64,000 bases of DNA, from positions 49,358 through 113,357 of the forward strand of contig CAWKAR010000034.1 in NCBI GenBank assembly GCA_963847625.1. The letters run 5' to 3'. Below the pieces are notes generated by a model. That model was not told the origin of the DNA and did not search any database. It was given only the letters and a program-made list of their open reading frames with translations. This document shows, piece by piece, positions 32,575-44,182 of this stretch; the stretch's first letter is position 1, and every line of letters begins with the position of its first letter. The translations under genes were made by a program, and so were the position numbers. Source of the stretch: a candidate division FCPU426 bacterium. GTDB lineage: Bacteria; Oederibacteriota; Muellerivitia; Muellerivitales; Muellerivitaceae.

Positions 32575-33728
32575 GCCTTGCTTCCCAGGAGCATCAGTAT
32601 TTCCCTTGCCGCGTTCCGGGAAGGCTGGGCTGGCCGGGAGAGGGCTTTTCGGATTTTTTGAAAGGCCTTCAACTGCTTTTCCCGGACCTGCTTCTTGTCC
32701 AGGAGCACCAGGGATTCAGCGTAAAGTTTTTCCGGTGTCGCCATTTCCTGCAGAAGCTCGGGAACCAAGGGACTGTCCAGTAAAAGGTTGGGGAGGGAGA
32801 TATATTTGAGCTTGATAAGCCTCTTGGCGAGGAAACCCGTCAAAGCGGCCACCTTGGCCACGACCACCAGGGGAATTTGAAGAAGCGCGGTTTCCAGGGT
32901 TCCGGTCCCGGATTTCACCCAGGCCAACTCGCAAATCTTCCGCAAATCCCATGCCGGGGCGTCCACGAAAATAATGGCGTCGTCCGGCGTTAAACCCGGA
33001 TAGTCCGCAAACTCCAGGCCGTGGGGTTTGGGCACGATGAAAGCCGCGTCCGGATAGTCCTTTTTCAAGAGCCGTGAGGCCGCGAGAAAGAGGGGCCATA
33101 TTTTTTCCACTTCTTTTTTCCGGCTTCCGGGCATGGCCGTGATGAGGGGAAACCGGGCCGGGTCCAGCCCGTATTTCTTGAGGTCCTGGAATCGCTTCGG
33201 CGGTTTCAGGTCCATCTCCTCCAATAAAGGGTGGCCCACATGGACCGCCTCCATGCCCCTTTCCCTGAAAAATTTTTCCTCGAAGGGCAGGATGACCAGA
33301 AGTTTCCGGATGTTTTCCCTCATGGCTTTGATGCGCCCCTCGCGCCAGGCCCAGGCCTGGGGGGCGATGTAATAGCAAACCGGCACTCCCAGGCGGTGCG
33401 CTTTTTCCGCGAGCCGCAGGTTGAACCCGGGATAATCCACGAGGACCAAAAGGTCCGGTTTTTCCTCCCGCAGCCACTTTTCGCAATTCCTGAAACGCCT
33501 CAGGCTCAAGGGAAGGTGCCTCACCACCTCCACCACGCCCATGATGGCGTTCCGGGTCAAATCCTCCCGGACTTCCATGCCGGCCTGGGCCATCAAGGGG
33601 CCTCCCAAACCGAAAATTTTCAGTTTCTTGTTTTTGGAAAGCAACGCCCGGATCACTCCGGCCGCGTGCATATCTCCGGAAGCCTCCCCGGCTACCATCA
33701 TTATTTTTTGCCCGTCGATTCGCGCCAA
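32571..33728 (-). CDS. lpxB: Lipid-A-disaccharide synthase
   Basis: AGEASGD, VDYPGFN, PQAWAWR, VGHPL, PGSR, SGTGTLE. Confidence 0.95.
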   Translation of the reverse strand: MARIDGQKIMMVAGEASGDMHAAGVIRALLSKNKKLKIFGLGGPLMAQAGMEVREDLTRNAIMGVVEVVRHLPLSLRRFRNCEKWLREEKPDLLVLVDYPGFNLRLAEKAHRLGVPVCYYIAPQAWAWREGRIKAMRENIRKLLVILPFEEKFFRERGMEAVHVGHPLLEEMDLKPPKRFQDLKKYGLDPARFPLITAMPGSRKKEVEKIWPLFLAASRLLKKDYPDAAFIVPKPHGLEFADYPGLTPDDAIIFVDAPAWDLRKICELAWVKSGTGTLETALLQIPLVVVAKVAALTGFLAKRLIKLKYISLPNLLLDSPLVPELLQEMATPEKLYAESLVLLDKKQVREKQLKAFQKIRKALSRPAQPSRNAAREILMLLGSKA

Positions 33729-33783
33729 AGAATATTCCCTATTTTAAAATTTAGAATTTGTAATCCGGCCCGTTTTCGAAGGG

Positions 33784-34899
33784 CTAGTATGCCGGGGTGT
33801 TCGGAATGATGGTAAAACGGAAATTAAAATAACCCAGGAGCGCGTAGCCCGATTGCCAACGCTCATAGGCGAGGTTGAACGCGAACAAGCCGTCGATCTG
33901 GCTGTTCAAAAGCACCGGATTCTGTGGCATGGGGAAAGGTTTCCAGATCTCGAACTTCCAATTGGTGCCGAGAAGACGCCAATCCCAACCGGTATAGAAA
34001 AGGCTCGGCGGCGCCCCCCCTTGCAGATCCTGGGGGTTGTTCGTCAGGAGGGGAAGAAACTGGGAATGATTCAGGTTTGGGGCGAAAGAACCCAAGCCGA
34101 TGCTGTTGAACGCATCCTTGAACCCGTAAACATAGCCGAAGTGGACCGCGGTGTTTTTGGCGATGGACTGGCTCATGACCGTGTACACCCCTCCCATAGA
34201 ATTGCCGGTGAGTTGGAAATTCTGGCTGGAGCCCCCGGTGGCCCCGGGGTTTCCGCCGTTCAAGAGAAGGGTCATCAGGAGGCCCGAGGCAAAGCCCGGA
34301 GTGGTCCTGGTCTGGTCCAGCCAACCGTACTTGACGTCGCTGGTCAAGAGCCAGAGCCGGAGGGGATTCAAGTATTGCGTCTTGGTGCCCGCGTCCTTTT
34401 CCGCGATGGAACCGATGTAATAGGAAAAACCGATGTCCCAATTCCAGCGGTCCCAATGGTCCCATCCGTTGGAATAGGCGGTGGATAACAACGCCAGCGA
34501 GGCCCTGGAAATGTTGGGAGTGTTGGTCATGGTGGGCGTGAAAGTCATGGTGGGGGATTGGGTGCCCGTCACGGTCGGAGTGAAGGTGATGGTGGGGGAA
34601 AAAGTTGCGGTCGGCGAACCCGGCGTGAAGGTATCGGTGGCGAAGGGGTCCCAGGTAAAGGTCCAGGTGGGGGTGGCGTATGGGTTCACCGTAGGGGTGG
34701 ACGTTGGGGTAACTGTGGGCGTAAACACCGAATTATCCGCATTGGAGTTCGCGGGGACAGGCGTGGAAGTCCAGGTGGGAGAAGTGGAGGCCGAATTCTG
34801 GGCCCAAGCGGTAGAAGCCTGGGAAAGGAATAAAGCCGGCAGGACTACCAGGATCAACCGTTTAGCGCAGGATGTAAACCGTGACGTTTTTCTTTCCAA
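33784..34899 (-). CDS. Secreted/outer-membrane hypothetical protein with a short Thr/Pro linker (start approximate)
   Basis: Signal peptide ending AWAQ, TPT stretch, aromatic beta-strand-like C-terminal half. Confidence 0.65.
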   Translation of the reverse strand: MERKTSRFTSCAKRLILVVLPALFLSQASTAWAQNSASTSPTWTSTPVPANSNADNSVFTPTVTPTSTPTVNPYATPTWTFTWDPFATDTFTPGSPTATFSPTITFTPTVTGTQSPTMTFTPTMTNTPNISRASLALLSTAYSNGWDHWDRWNWDIGFSYYIGSIAEKDAGTKTQYLNPLRLWLLTSDVKYGWLDQTRTTPGFASGLLMTLLLNGGNPGATGGSSQNFQLTGNSMGGVYTVMSQSIAKNTAVHFGYVYGFKDAFNSIGLGSFAPNLNHSQFLPLLTNNPQDLQGGAPPSLFYTGWDWRLLGTNWKFEIWKPFPMPQNPVLLNSQIDGLFAFNLAYERWQSGYALLGYFNFRFTIIPNTPAY

Positions 34900-35701
34900 A
34901 ACGTACCGCCTCTTCGTAAGTGTCGAAACAAAGGTCAATCTTGTTCCCCTTGATGGCGCCGCCCTTGTCGGCGGCAATGGCATAGCCGTAGCCCACAATA
35001 TAAAGCTGTGTCTTGAGCCGGATATACCGGGGATCCACCGCCGCCACCCCGTAGCCGGCCTTGAGGCCGGAGGCGGTGTATCCGGAGGCGTAAGGCCAGG
35101 TGTCCTCCGGGCCGGGATAATACGCCGTCGCCTGCATGGTCAGCGTCTTGCTGACCCTGGCCCTTTTTTTCAAGGTATAAAGCTTTTGGTTAAGCGCGGT
35201 CCCTTCCAATACTTTAGCATCCTTCGTGGGGATCAAAACCTTCGATTTTAGGACTTTTTCAAAAGCCTCCTCTCCGTTCAGGTAAAAATCCTCGGTTTCC
35301 AACTGGGCCATCCCGTCCTTGCCCTGCTGGATATCGATGATTTCCCCGACGTTGAGGTTGTCGGCGTAGTCGGTGTGGGTGTTGTAGTGGGATTTCTTTT
35401 TAAAATCCTTCACCCGCCTTTCCACCAACCCCAGGTCGATTTCCAAGCCCTCGGTGACCGCGGCCGAGAGGGGCGGCACGACCACGTCCTGGGTCTTGAG
35501 GGGTATGTTCATCTCCCGGACGACCTCCCCCACTGTTTTCCCCGCGGTCATAACGTCGGTTTCCCGGTCGCCTTGGAAAAGGCAGACATGGAGCCGGACC
35601 CGGTGCGTTTGGTAATAAAGCCACCCCCCCGCCCCGAGAAGAGCCAATCCCATGATGATTATGACGCCCCACATGATCTTTTTCTTCATGCTCACAGCCA
35701 C
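34862..35701 (-). CDS. YabE-like 3D-domain cell-wall protein (DUF348 + G5 + 3D)
   Basis: N-terminal TM helix; MQATAY, TASG, AVDP, AADKGGAIKGNKIDL. Confidence 0.88.
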   Translation of the reverse strand: MAVSMKKKIMWGVIIIMGLALLGAGGWLYYQTHRVRLHVCLFQGDRETDVMTAGKTVGEVVREMNIPLKTQDVVVPPLSAAVTEGLEIDLGLVERRVKDFKKKSHYNTHTDYADNLNVGEIIDIQQGKDGMAQLETEDFYLNGEEAFEKVLKSKVLIPTKDAKVLEGTALNQKLYTLKKRARVSKTLTMQATAYYPGPEDTWPYASGYTASGLKAGYGVAAVDPRYIRLKTQLYIVGYGYAIAADKGGAIKGNKIDLCFDTYEEAVRFGKKNVTVYILR

Positions 35702-35802
35702 CTCGCGGTTTTAAACCGGCATTTCAAGGGTTAATTCGCAGCCAGGAGTCACCGGTATATTAAGGAAGGAACGGTCTATCCCCCGCGATACCCACACATG
35801 GA

Positions 35803-36362
35803 TCATGACTCGATGAAGTTCCTGAGGAGTGTCCTGCCCGACTCGGTCAAGATCGATTCAGGGTGGAACTGCACGCCCTCCACGGCGAGGGTCTTATGCC
35901 TCACCCCCATGATTTCCCCTTCCTCGCTCTCGGCCGTCACGGCCAGGCAATCCGGGAGGGTTTCCCTCTGGATGGCCAGGGAATGGTACCGGGTCGCTTT
36001 GAAAGGATTAGGCATTCCCTTGAAGACGCCCTTGCCGTCGTGGCTGATCCGGCTGGTCTTTCCATGCATGATTTTTTTCGCCCGGACGATTTTTCCCCCG
36101 AAGGCGTATCCGATGCTTTGGTGCCCCAGGCAGACCCCCAGGATGGGGATTTTCCCCGAGACTTGCTGGATGACGTCCACGGACACCCCCGCTTCCTTGG
36201 GCGTGCAGGGGCCTGGCGAGAGGAGGATATGGCGGGGCCTTTTCTCCAGGATTTCCGCCACTGTGATTTCATCATTGCGGGCCACCAAGATCTCCAGGCC
36301 CATTTCGCCCAGGTACTGCACGAGGTTATAGGTGAAGGAATCGTAATTATCGATGACGAGTA

Positions 36363-36366
<4 letters not shown>
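35803..36366 (-). CDS. trpG: Anthranilate synthase component II / glutamine amidotransferase
   Basis: [32 protein letters not shown]; translationally coupled to trpE. Confidence 0.92.
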
Positions 36367-37928
<1,562 letters not shown>

Positions 37929-38039
37929 GGAAGAAACCCCCTTAAATTTGAATTTAAAAGTAAGCGACAGCGGTCCCAGGCTCTCAGGAGAGCCAAGCGG
38001 AGCGACGCCAACGGTTTAAATTCAAACCAAGAGAAGTCT

Positions 38040-38428
38040 TCATTTCTTACCGTAGACCTTTTTGGGGTCGAAAACCTGGACGCCCACGTCCTTCCAGTTT
38101 TCCCCCGATAATTTGTTAAAGAAGCAGGAGCGCTTGCCGGTGTGGCAGGCCGCCCCCCGATCTGCTCTATTTTTACCAGAATTGCGTCTTTATCGCAATC
38201 GGTGAAAAGAGCCTCCACCTTCTGGATATTTCCGGATTCTTCGCCCTTTTTCCACAGTTTCTTGCGGGTCCGGCTCCAGTAGGTCATGATGTTGCCCGAC
38301 TTGACCGTTTGCTCGAGCGATTCCCTGTTCGCGAAGGCGAACATGAGGATTTCCCCGGTTTTCGAGTCCTGCACGATGACGGGAATCAAGCCGTCTTCCT
38401 GGAATTTCAAAGTGTCGATCCAGCCCAT
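38040..38428 (-). CDS. hisI: Phosphoribosyl-AMP cyclohydrolase, with an apparent 1-nt deletion in a G6 run (38153-38158)
   Basis: YWSRTRKKLWKKGEESGN, DCDKD; the conserved ACHTGKRSCF continues in the -1 frame to TGA at 38040. Confidence 0.88.
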
Positions 38429-38563
38429 GTTTCCCTCCGAAAATAGAAAAGCGATATTAACCCAGGAAACCTCCCGAATGCAAACCTTTTAGCGGGTAGG
38501 CCCCGTCGCGGACAAGAATTTCAACACTCAAAAAGTTTTATTAATTTATTCCAAACCTGAAAT

Positions 38564-39179
38564 CTATTTCTCCGCGATATGGGCTTTTACCGGATACATC
38601 AGAATCGTCCTGCTCCCAAGGTGTTTTAAACCATTTTCAGCAAACATTTGCCCGAACTCACGGATACTGTATTGCTTTACATGCCCTTTATCGTATTTGG
38701 CCCCTATCCGATCGAACCATTTCATGGCAAAGTCATCCGGGGTTGCATCCAATATGAAAAATTTTCCTTTTGGTTTTAAAGCCCGGCGCACCTCGGAGAG
38801 GGCTTTGCCGGGATTTAAATAATGATGGAATGAAAAAGTGCAAATAACGTTGTCAAAAGAGTCGTTATCCAGGGGAAGGGCCTCCACACTGGCCACATGA
38901 AAGTGAATGTTCGCGAGCCCTTTTGAGTTCGAAACGGCCTTTTCTATCATTTTTCCGGAAATGTCGACACCGGCAAAAAGTCCCTGCCCCTCCAGCAACG
39001 TGGCAACGCGGCAAACGGCCCAACCGGTTCCGCAGCCTAAATCCAGGAATGCCGTGCCTTTGCGGGGATCCAAGAGGGAAAGAACCCATTTTGGAAATAC
39101 CGGAAGGCAAAACCCAAATGGTCAAAATGGCCGGCCCAGCGGTCGAACTTTTCCTATCGTGCGCGTTGTAAGTTTCCAT
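38564..39179 (-). CDS. Class I SAM-dependent methyltransferase, with two apparent 1-nt deletions in A-runs
   Basis: LDLGCGTG, GVDIS, SFHH; the N-terminus METYNAHDRK-FDRWA...FRYFQ- is restored by adding one A at each of 39149-39152 and 39089-39092. Confidence 0.78.
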
Positions 39180-39392
39180 TAAATTCCTCGTTAAGCTTGA
39201 GGGATTACCTCTTCATAACCAAATATTTGGAGTTAGGCCAAGTATCCATTTTTTTCTGTCCAACCTGGTTTCCCGGATTGGACGATTTTTGAAGCAGTCG
39301 TTTTGAGGTAATTCACAAATAAGTTCGACATTATCCCATAGTTGGAATGAAACCAACAACTCCGGGAATAACCTATTCAAAACGTTACTGTT

Positions 39393-40115
39393 TCAAGCCG
39401 ACAAGATTCCGGTTTCGACGGAATTTTGAAGAACCCCGTCCCGTAGGATCACTTGCCGGTCCGCCAACTGCGCTAGTTGCGGATTGTGCGTGACCATGAT
39501 GATGGTGATTCCATCCTCTTGGTTCAGGGTCTTGAGAAGGTTCCCGATTTCGGCGCTGCGCTTCATATCCAGGTTGCCCGTCGGCTCGTCGGCCAGCAAA
39601 ATCTCGGGCTTATTCACCAGGGCCCGCGCCACCGCCACCCTCTGCATTTCGCCGCCCGAAAGCTGTCCCGGCAAATGGTGGATGCGGTGTTCCAACCCGA
39701 GCCGTTGAAGGATACCCATAACATCCCCGCTCAAAGAAGCCTTTTTATAAAAGGTGAAAGGAAGCAGGGTGTTCTCCAGGACCGTCAGGGTCGGGATCAG
39801 GTAAAAACTCTGGAATATGTAGCCGAAATATTTCCTTCGGATGGCGGTCAATTTGGATTCCGAGAGGGGTATCTTTTGTTCGTCGAATAATTTCTCCCGG
39901 CCCACGGTCAGCCTCCCTGAGGTCGGGTTGTCCAGGCACCCCAGGATGTTGACCAGCGTGGTCTTGCCCGAACCGGAAGGCCCTACAAAAGAAACAAACT
40001 CCCCCTTCCTGATTTCCAGGGAAACGTGGTTGAGGGCCAGGACTTCCTCGCTGCCGCGCCGGTATTTTTTCACGATGTCTTCCGCCTGGATGACGGTTTC
40101 ATTTTGGGCACTCAT
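39393..40115 (-). CDS. ABC transporter ATP-binding protein (LolD/MacB type)
   Basis: GPSGSGKT, LSGGEMQR, LLADEPTGNLD; ATG at 40115 overlaps the permease stop. Confidence 0.92.
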   Translation of the reverse strand: MSAQNETVIQAEDIVKKYRRGSEEVLALNHVSLEIRKGEFVSFVGPSGSGKTTLVNILGCLDNPTSGRLTVGREKLFDEQKIPLSESKLTAIRRKYFGYIFQSFYLIPTLTVLENTLLPFTFYKKASLSGDVMGILQRLGLEHRIHHLPGQLSGGEMQRVAVARALVNKPEILLADEPTGNLDMKRSAEIGNLLKTLNQEDGITIIMVTHNPQLAQLADRQVILRDGVLQNSVETGILSA

Positions 40116-41305
40116 GAGTTCCCTCCCGCTTGGATGGCCTCGATGGGCCTGATGCGCGCCGCCTTCCAGGCCGGGTAAATCCCGCTGACGAGCCCGACGG
40201 CCAAAATGAGGCCCAGCCCGGTGAGCGCCAGCAGGGGGCTGATCTGGATCATGGAGCCGGTGGGCGCGTAAGGCAGGATATTCCGGATGGCCAGGTCCGT
40301 TCCCTTTTCCAGGGCAAGGGCCAGCAAGTTGCCTAGGACGCCCCCGGCCAGGCAAAGGAACAGGGTTTCCAACAGGACCAGTTTGAAAATGTCCCAGGGC
40401 ATGGCGCCCATGCTCTTGAGGATGCCGATCTCCTTGTACCTCTCGAAAACCGACATGATGATGGTGTTGATGACCCCGATCATGGCGATGAGGATGGCGA
40501 TCACCGCGATGGAGAAGACCATGATCCTGGCCGTGCCCACCAGGTTGATGATGGTGTCCTTCACCTGCGCCATGGAAACCACCTGCACGTCCGGCAGGTT
40601 GTAGAGCCGGTCCTCCAGCTTCTGGGAGTCCAGGCCTTTCCTGATCCTCACCCCCACGCCCGTCAACAGCCCGGCCTTCCCGAAGATTTTCTGGACGGTG
40701 CCCAGGGGGAGGAAGATCGTCCCGTCGTCCTGGGTGCCGGTGCGCTGGAGGACGCCGACGATCTTGATTTTGTCCTTTTTCCCCGGGATGAGGATCATGT
40801 CGCCGACCTCCCTTTGCTCGAGTTCGGCGGCCTCATAGCCCATGACCGCTTCCTCGGCCCCCGTGTCCTTGAACCAGGAGCCCTCCACGAATTTGAGGTA
40901 GGCCTTCATGTCCGGGAAGGTTTTCGGGTCCACCCCCAGGTAGGGCGTGATGCCGCCGCTTTCCCCCTTGTTGGGGTCGAAGACCGCCTGCATGAGCATG
41001 GGGGTCGTTCCCTCGACCTCCTTGTTTTGCAGGATCTTCCCCACCATTTTCTCGCTGATGTAACGCAGGCCCGTCCCGCCCTTGAGCATCAGGGTGGCGG
41101 CCTCATAGGGGCATCCCTTGGCGGCCACCAATATCTGGAACCCCATATTGTCGATGTCCCTGTTCAAGGCGGATTCATACCCCCGGTTGAATCCGTTCAG
41201 GCTCACCAGCACCCAGGTGGAGAGGGCGATGCCGGTCACGGTGAGGAAGGTCCGGGTCTTCTTGCGAAGCAGGTTCCTGGAAGCCACTTGCGCGATGTTA
41301 AGCAT
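40112..41305 (-). CDS. ABC transporter permease (FtsX/MacB family)
   Basis: RNLLRKKTRTFLT, ERYKEIGILKSMGA, YPAWKAARIRPIEA. Confidence 0.92.
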   Translation of the reverse strand: MLNIAQVASRNLLRKKTRTFLTVTGIALSTWVLVSLNGFNRGYESALNRDIDNMGFQILVAAKGCPYEAATLMLKGGTGLRYISEKMVGKILQNKEVEGTTPMLMQAVFDPNKGESGGITPYLGVDPKTFPDMKAYLKFVEGSWFKDTGAEEAVMGYEAAELEQREVGDMILIPGKKDKIKIVGVLQRTGTQDDGTIFLPLGTVQKIFGKAGLLTGVGVRIRKGLDSQKLEDRLYNLPDVQVVSMAQVKDTIINLVGTARIMVFSIAVIAILIAMIGVINTIIMSVFERYKEIGILKSMGAMPWDIFKLVLLETLFLCLAGGVLGNLLALALEKGTDLAIRNILPYAPTGSMIQISPLLALTGLGLILAVGLVSGIYPAWKAARIRPIEAIQAGGNS

Positions 41306-41307
41306 GG

Positions 41308-41952
41308 TTAATTTCCTTTCCGGGCCCCGGAGGGCCCCTGGGAGTGGTAAATGAACTCGTCCATGAGGATCAGGTTTTTCTTCACGGCCCGCAGGATGGC
41401 GGCAAAATCCCCCGGCCCGCAGGGGTCGGGGTTCTTCAACAAAGGCGGGTTCTCAAGTCCCGTGAATTTTCCCGCCGCAATGTCGTAATGGGAAAATTCC
41501 TTGAGGGACAAGCCTGTGAATTGCCGGCCGAATTCCTCGGCCCTGAACCTGCTTGACCCTTCCGAGGTTAATTTTTGGATGTAGAAGGCCGTGATCACGC
41601 CCTCCCTGGTCAGGGACAGGAAGACCTGGATTCCGCCGTATTCGCCCTTCTGGTTCACCCCGTGGATGTACCCGGCGATCTCCTTGCCCTTGTGGATCTC
41701 ATAGATGGTGTAAGGCACCTCCGCCGTCTCGTAGAGCCCCTTGAACTTCTCCCCCAGGCGCTCCTCCACGCGGTCAAGGAGCGCGTCCCCGCCGCTTTCC
41801 CGGATGGACATATAGAGGGTTTTGTACCCGGTGGAGTCCGGGAACAGCCGTTTCACGTCCCGGTCCGGGTCGTTGAGGTCGCACCCCACCGCCCCCCAAA
41901 GCCGCCCGGTAAGTAACACGAAGAAAGCCAGGAAAAACAAATGTGTTTTCAT
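41308..41952 (-). CDS. Exported hypothetical protein, possibly FMN-binding/RnfG-like
   Basis: Start MKTHLFF at 41952 with signal peptide; GYIHGVNQKGEYGGIQV...FGRQFTG. Confidence 0.6.
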   Translation of the reverse strand: MKTHLFFLAFFVLLTGRLWGAVGCDLNDPDRDVKRLFPDSTGYKTLYMSIRESGGDALLDRVEERLGEKFKGLYETAEVPYTIYEIHKGKEIAGYIHGVNQKGEYGGIQVFLSLTREGVITAFYIQKLTSEGSSRFRAEEFGRQFTGLSLKEFSHYDIAAGKFTGLENPPLLKNPDPCGPGDFAAILRAVKKNLILMDEFIYHSQGPSGARKGN

Positions 41953-42930
41953 AGGAAAAGCCTCCGGTACAGGTAAATTTGCCCGACGATGTTGTTGAAG
42001 TTCCCGCGCGAGTCGTAGGCATCCATGGCCCGCAGGGTGAAGGAGTCGTTGAGGACGAAGGTGATCCCCCCGTAAACCTTGAGGCCGTCCGGTTGTCCCT
42101 GTTGATTCAGGTAAACCGGCTGGACCTCCAGCTTGAGCTTGTTCTCCTCCAGCAAATTGACGCCCGCCCTGAACAGCGCCCCGGAGGTGAAGAGGCCGTC
42201 CCTGCCGCCGCCCACCGCCTCCAGCTTGAACTCGTAGTTCAGCCAGTTGAAACCGGCGTCCACCCCGGCCAGTTCCCGCTCGATCCGGGCTCCTCCCATT
42301 TGTTGGTAACCCATGATGTCCAGAACGCTTCCCTTGGAAAGGCTCAAGCCCGCGGTGAAATTGTCCCTTTCCAGGACGCCGAGGGAAAACCTCAAGTCGG
42401 CCAGGTAACCGCCGTTTTCGATCAAGGGCATGCCCGACCCGGTCGTGAGGGAAAAACTGAAATCCCCGTCCGCGAAGGGTTTGTAGAATCCCGCGCCCCA
42501 ATCCCGGTCGAAGCCGAAGCCCTCCATGTCCAGGGTTTGCAAAAGCGCCCCATGGGTGTCGAGAGAGGAGGAAAGCCCGAAGGCGGGGCGGTCATGGCCG
42601 ATCCACAAGGTCCGCCCACGGGAATTTCCCCTTGAGGTAGGCGTTGTAGAGTTGGGGTTGGACGGAACCCAGGCCGTCATAGGCCAGCCGAGCCTGGATC
42701 GCCGCCACCCCCCAGTCCCCGCTTTCCGAACTGAGGCGCTGGAGATAGTCGAGGCCCACCGAGGGCTTTTGCATGGGGTCCTCGGGGTCCTGGGAATAAT
42801 AGACGGCTTGCCGGCTTTGGCCGGAGTAACCGGCCACGCCCTGCCCCTCCAGGCACAAGAGCGATTCGGCCCCCTGGGTCGCGGAAACCAGGAGGCTTAA
42901 CCCCAGTAGGATTCCTGCCCGCTTAAACAT
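41949..42930 (-). CDS. Exported beta-barrel-like hypothetical protein, split by a +1 frameshift near 42607
   Basis: ORF 42592..42930 (signal peptide...YNAYLK.KFPWADL) joins ORF 41949..42680 (WIGHDRPAFGLSS...) if one base is removed. Confidence 0.65.
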
Positions 42931-43345
42931 CGAAGTTGATGACGCCGGTGAAGAAGGCCTTCTTTTTCTTTTCCACCCCCACCGTCACTTGCCACTTCCC
43001 CGGCATGGTGACGTTGACGGGCAGGAGGAAATCCTTCTTCTTGTTCTGGACGAACTTCACCTTCCCCGAATCGGAATCGTGCATCTCGGGCATTTCGGAA
43101 ATGCCGGTCAAGGAGATGCCGTCCACGGGGTTTCCGTCCGGGTCGGTCACTTTCACCTTGAGGATGACCATTCCCATGGCCGGGTGGGCGTTGAAGCTGT
43201 AGGTCAGCGTGAGGCCCATGCCAATGGCGGTTTTCGTCCCCGGCTTGCCGAGGTCTAAAGCCCCCGCGCCGGCCGGGACGTTGGACGCGAGAACTAGTAA
43301 AAACACCGGCAAGAGGACCATTAATAATTTTTTTAGGTTTTTCAT
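42923..43345 (-). CDS. FixH/YtkA-like exported protein
   Basis: Signal peptide; EMPEMH, VTMPGKWQV. Confidence 0.7.
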   Translation of the reverse strand: MKNLKKLLMVLLPVFLLVLASNVPAGAGALDLGKPGTKTAIGMGLTLTYSFNAHPAMGMVILKVKVTDPDGNPVDGISLTGISEMPEMHDSDSGKVKFVQNKKKDFLLPVNVTMPGKWQVTVGVEKKKKAFFTGVINFDV

Positions 43346-43425
43346 GATTCCACTCCTTTTGAGCGCAAAAGCTCGATTAAACGGAAGCCTAATGGCTTTC
43401 GCTGGACGGCCTCAAAAGGGATGGA

Positions 43426-43776
43426 TCAGATTCTTAAGACAGGGGGGCTTCGCGGGGGGGAAACAGCCGCAGGGACAACTTTGCCGACAGGGGCGGCCGC
43501 CAAAAATGGCGGTTGAAAAATTTTTACCGCGATCACGGCGGGAGCCGTAACCGGCGGATGAACGGCCGAGGGCGAAACCGTCGATTGGTTCATGATTTTG
43601 CACCAGGGGCTTCTCGGCGGTTTGGAGGTCTGGCAGCATTTCATGGGGCAGGCAGGCTTCATGGGGCAGGTTTTCATGGAAGCCGATCCCTGTTGGCACG
43701 CGGAACAGGGCGTCAAGGCCGCAAGGACGCCCAGCACCAAAACCATTCGATACATGATTGAAAAAAACTTATTCAT
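43426..43776 (-). CDS. Small Cys/Met-rich exported protein (DUF2946-like leader of metal operons)
   Basis: TM/signal segment, CSAC, CPMKPACPMKCC, C-terminal PPRSPPVLRI. Confidence 0.6.
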   Translation of the reverse strand: MNKFFSIMYRMVLVLGVLAALTPCSACQQGSASMKTCPMKPACPMKCCQTSKPPRSPWCKIMNQSTVSPSAVHPPVTAPAVIAVKIFQPPFLAAAPVGKVVPAAVSPPRSPPVLRI

Positions 43777-44062
43777 GATTGAATACTACGACCTTTTCCC
43801 GGAAATCTCAATTGGGCCTCTTATGGAATAAGTTTATTTTGGAGGAACCCAGTTACCAAGGGATACGATCAAGGCCGGATAAAAGCGGTTGTTTTACTTG
43901 GTTTGCGGATATTCGCTTAAAAACCGGGCCCTTTTTGGGAGGATTTGTTTGATGATGGATCGTTATTTTGGACGAATGGCGAACAGGTAAAATGCAATCC
44001 CTGTAGTGGGATGTTTTAACAAAAAATACCGTAAATACTATCGTCCATCCCACTGCTCCTCG

Positions 44063-44147
44063 CTGTGCCGATTCGCCATTAAGATAGAAATTGAAATCGG
44101 CACAATACCAATCTCTTTATAAGCTTCATGGAAGATTGGCGTGTGGC
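44063..44147. repeat. Dispersed double-inverted-repeat element, copy 1
   Basis: TGTGCCGATT..AATCGGCACA + TACCAATCT..AGATTGGC; homologous to 54195-54278 and 60841-60917. Confidence 0.75.
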
Positions 44148-44182
44148 GCGAGGAGTTCCACGTCGTGGACAACAAATTCCAT

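Noticed and set aside
38150..38160. Programmed frameshift or phase variation in hisI
   Set aside because: The run is short and co-occurs with other homopolymer indels; error is more parsimonious.
44063..44147. Integron attC assignment for the dispersed element
   Set aside because: Lacks RYYYAAC/GTTRRRY ends and no integron integrase is in the window.
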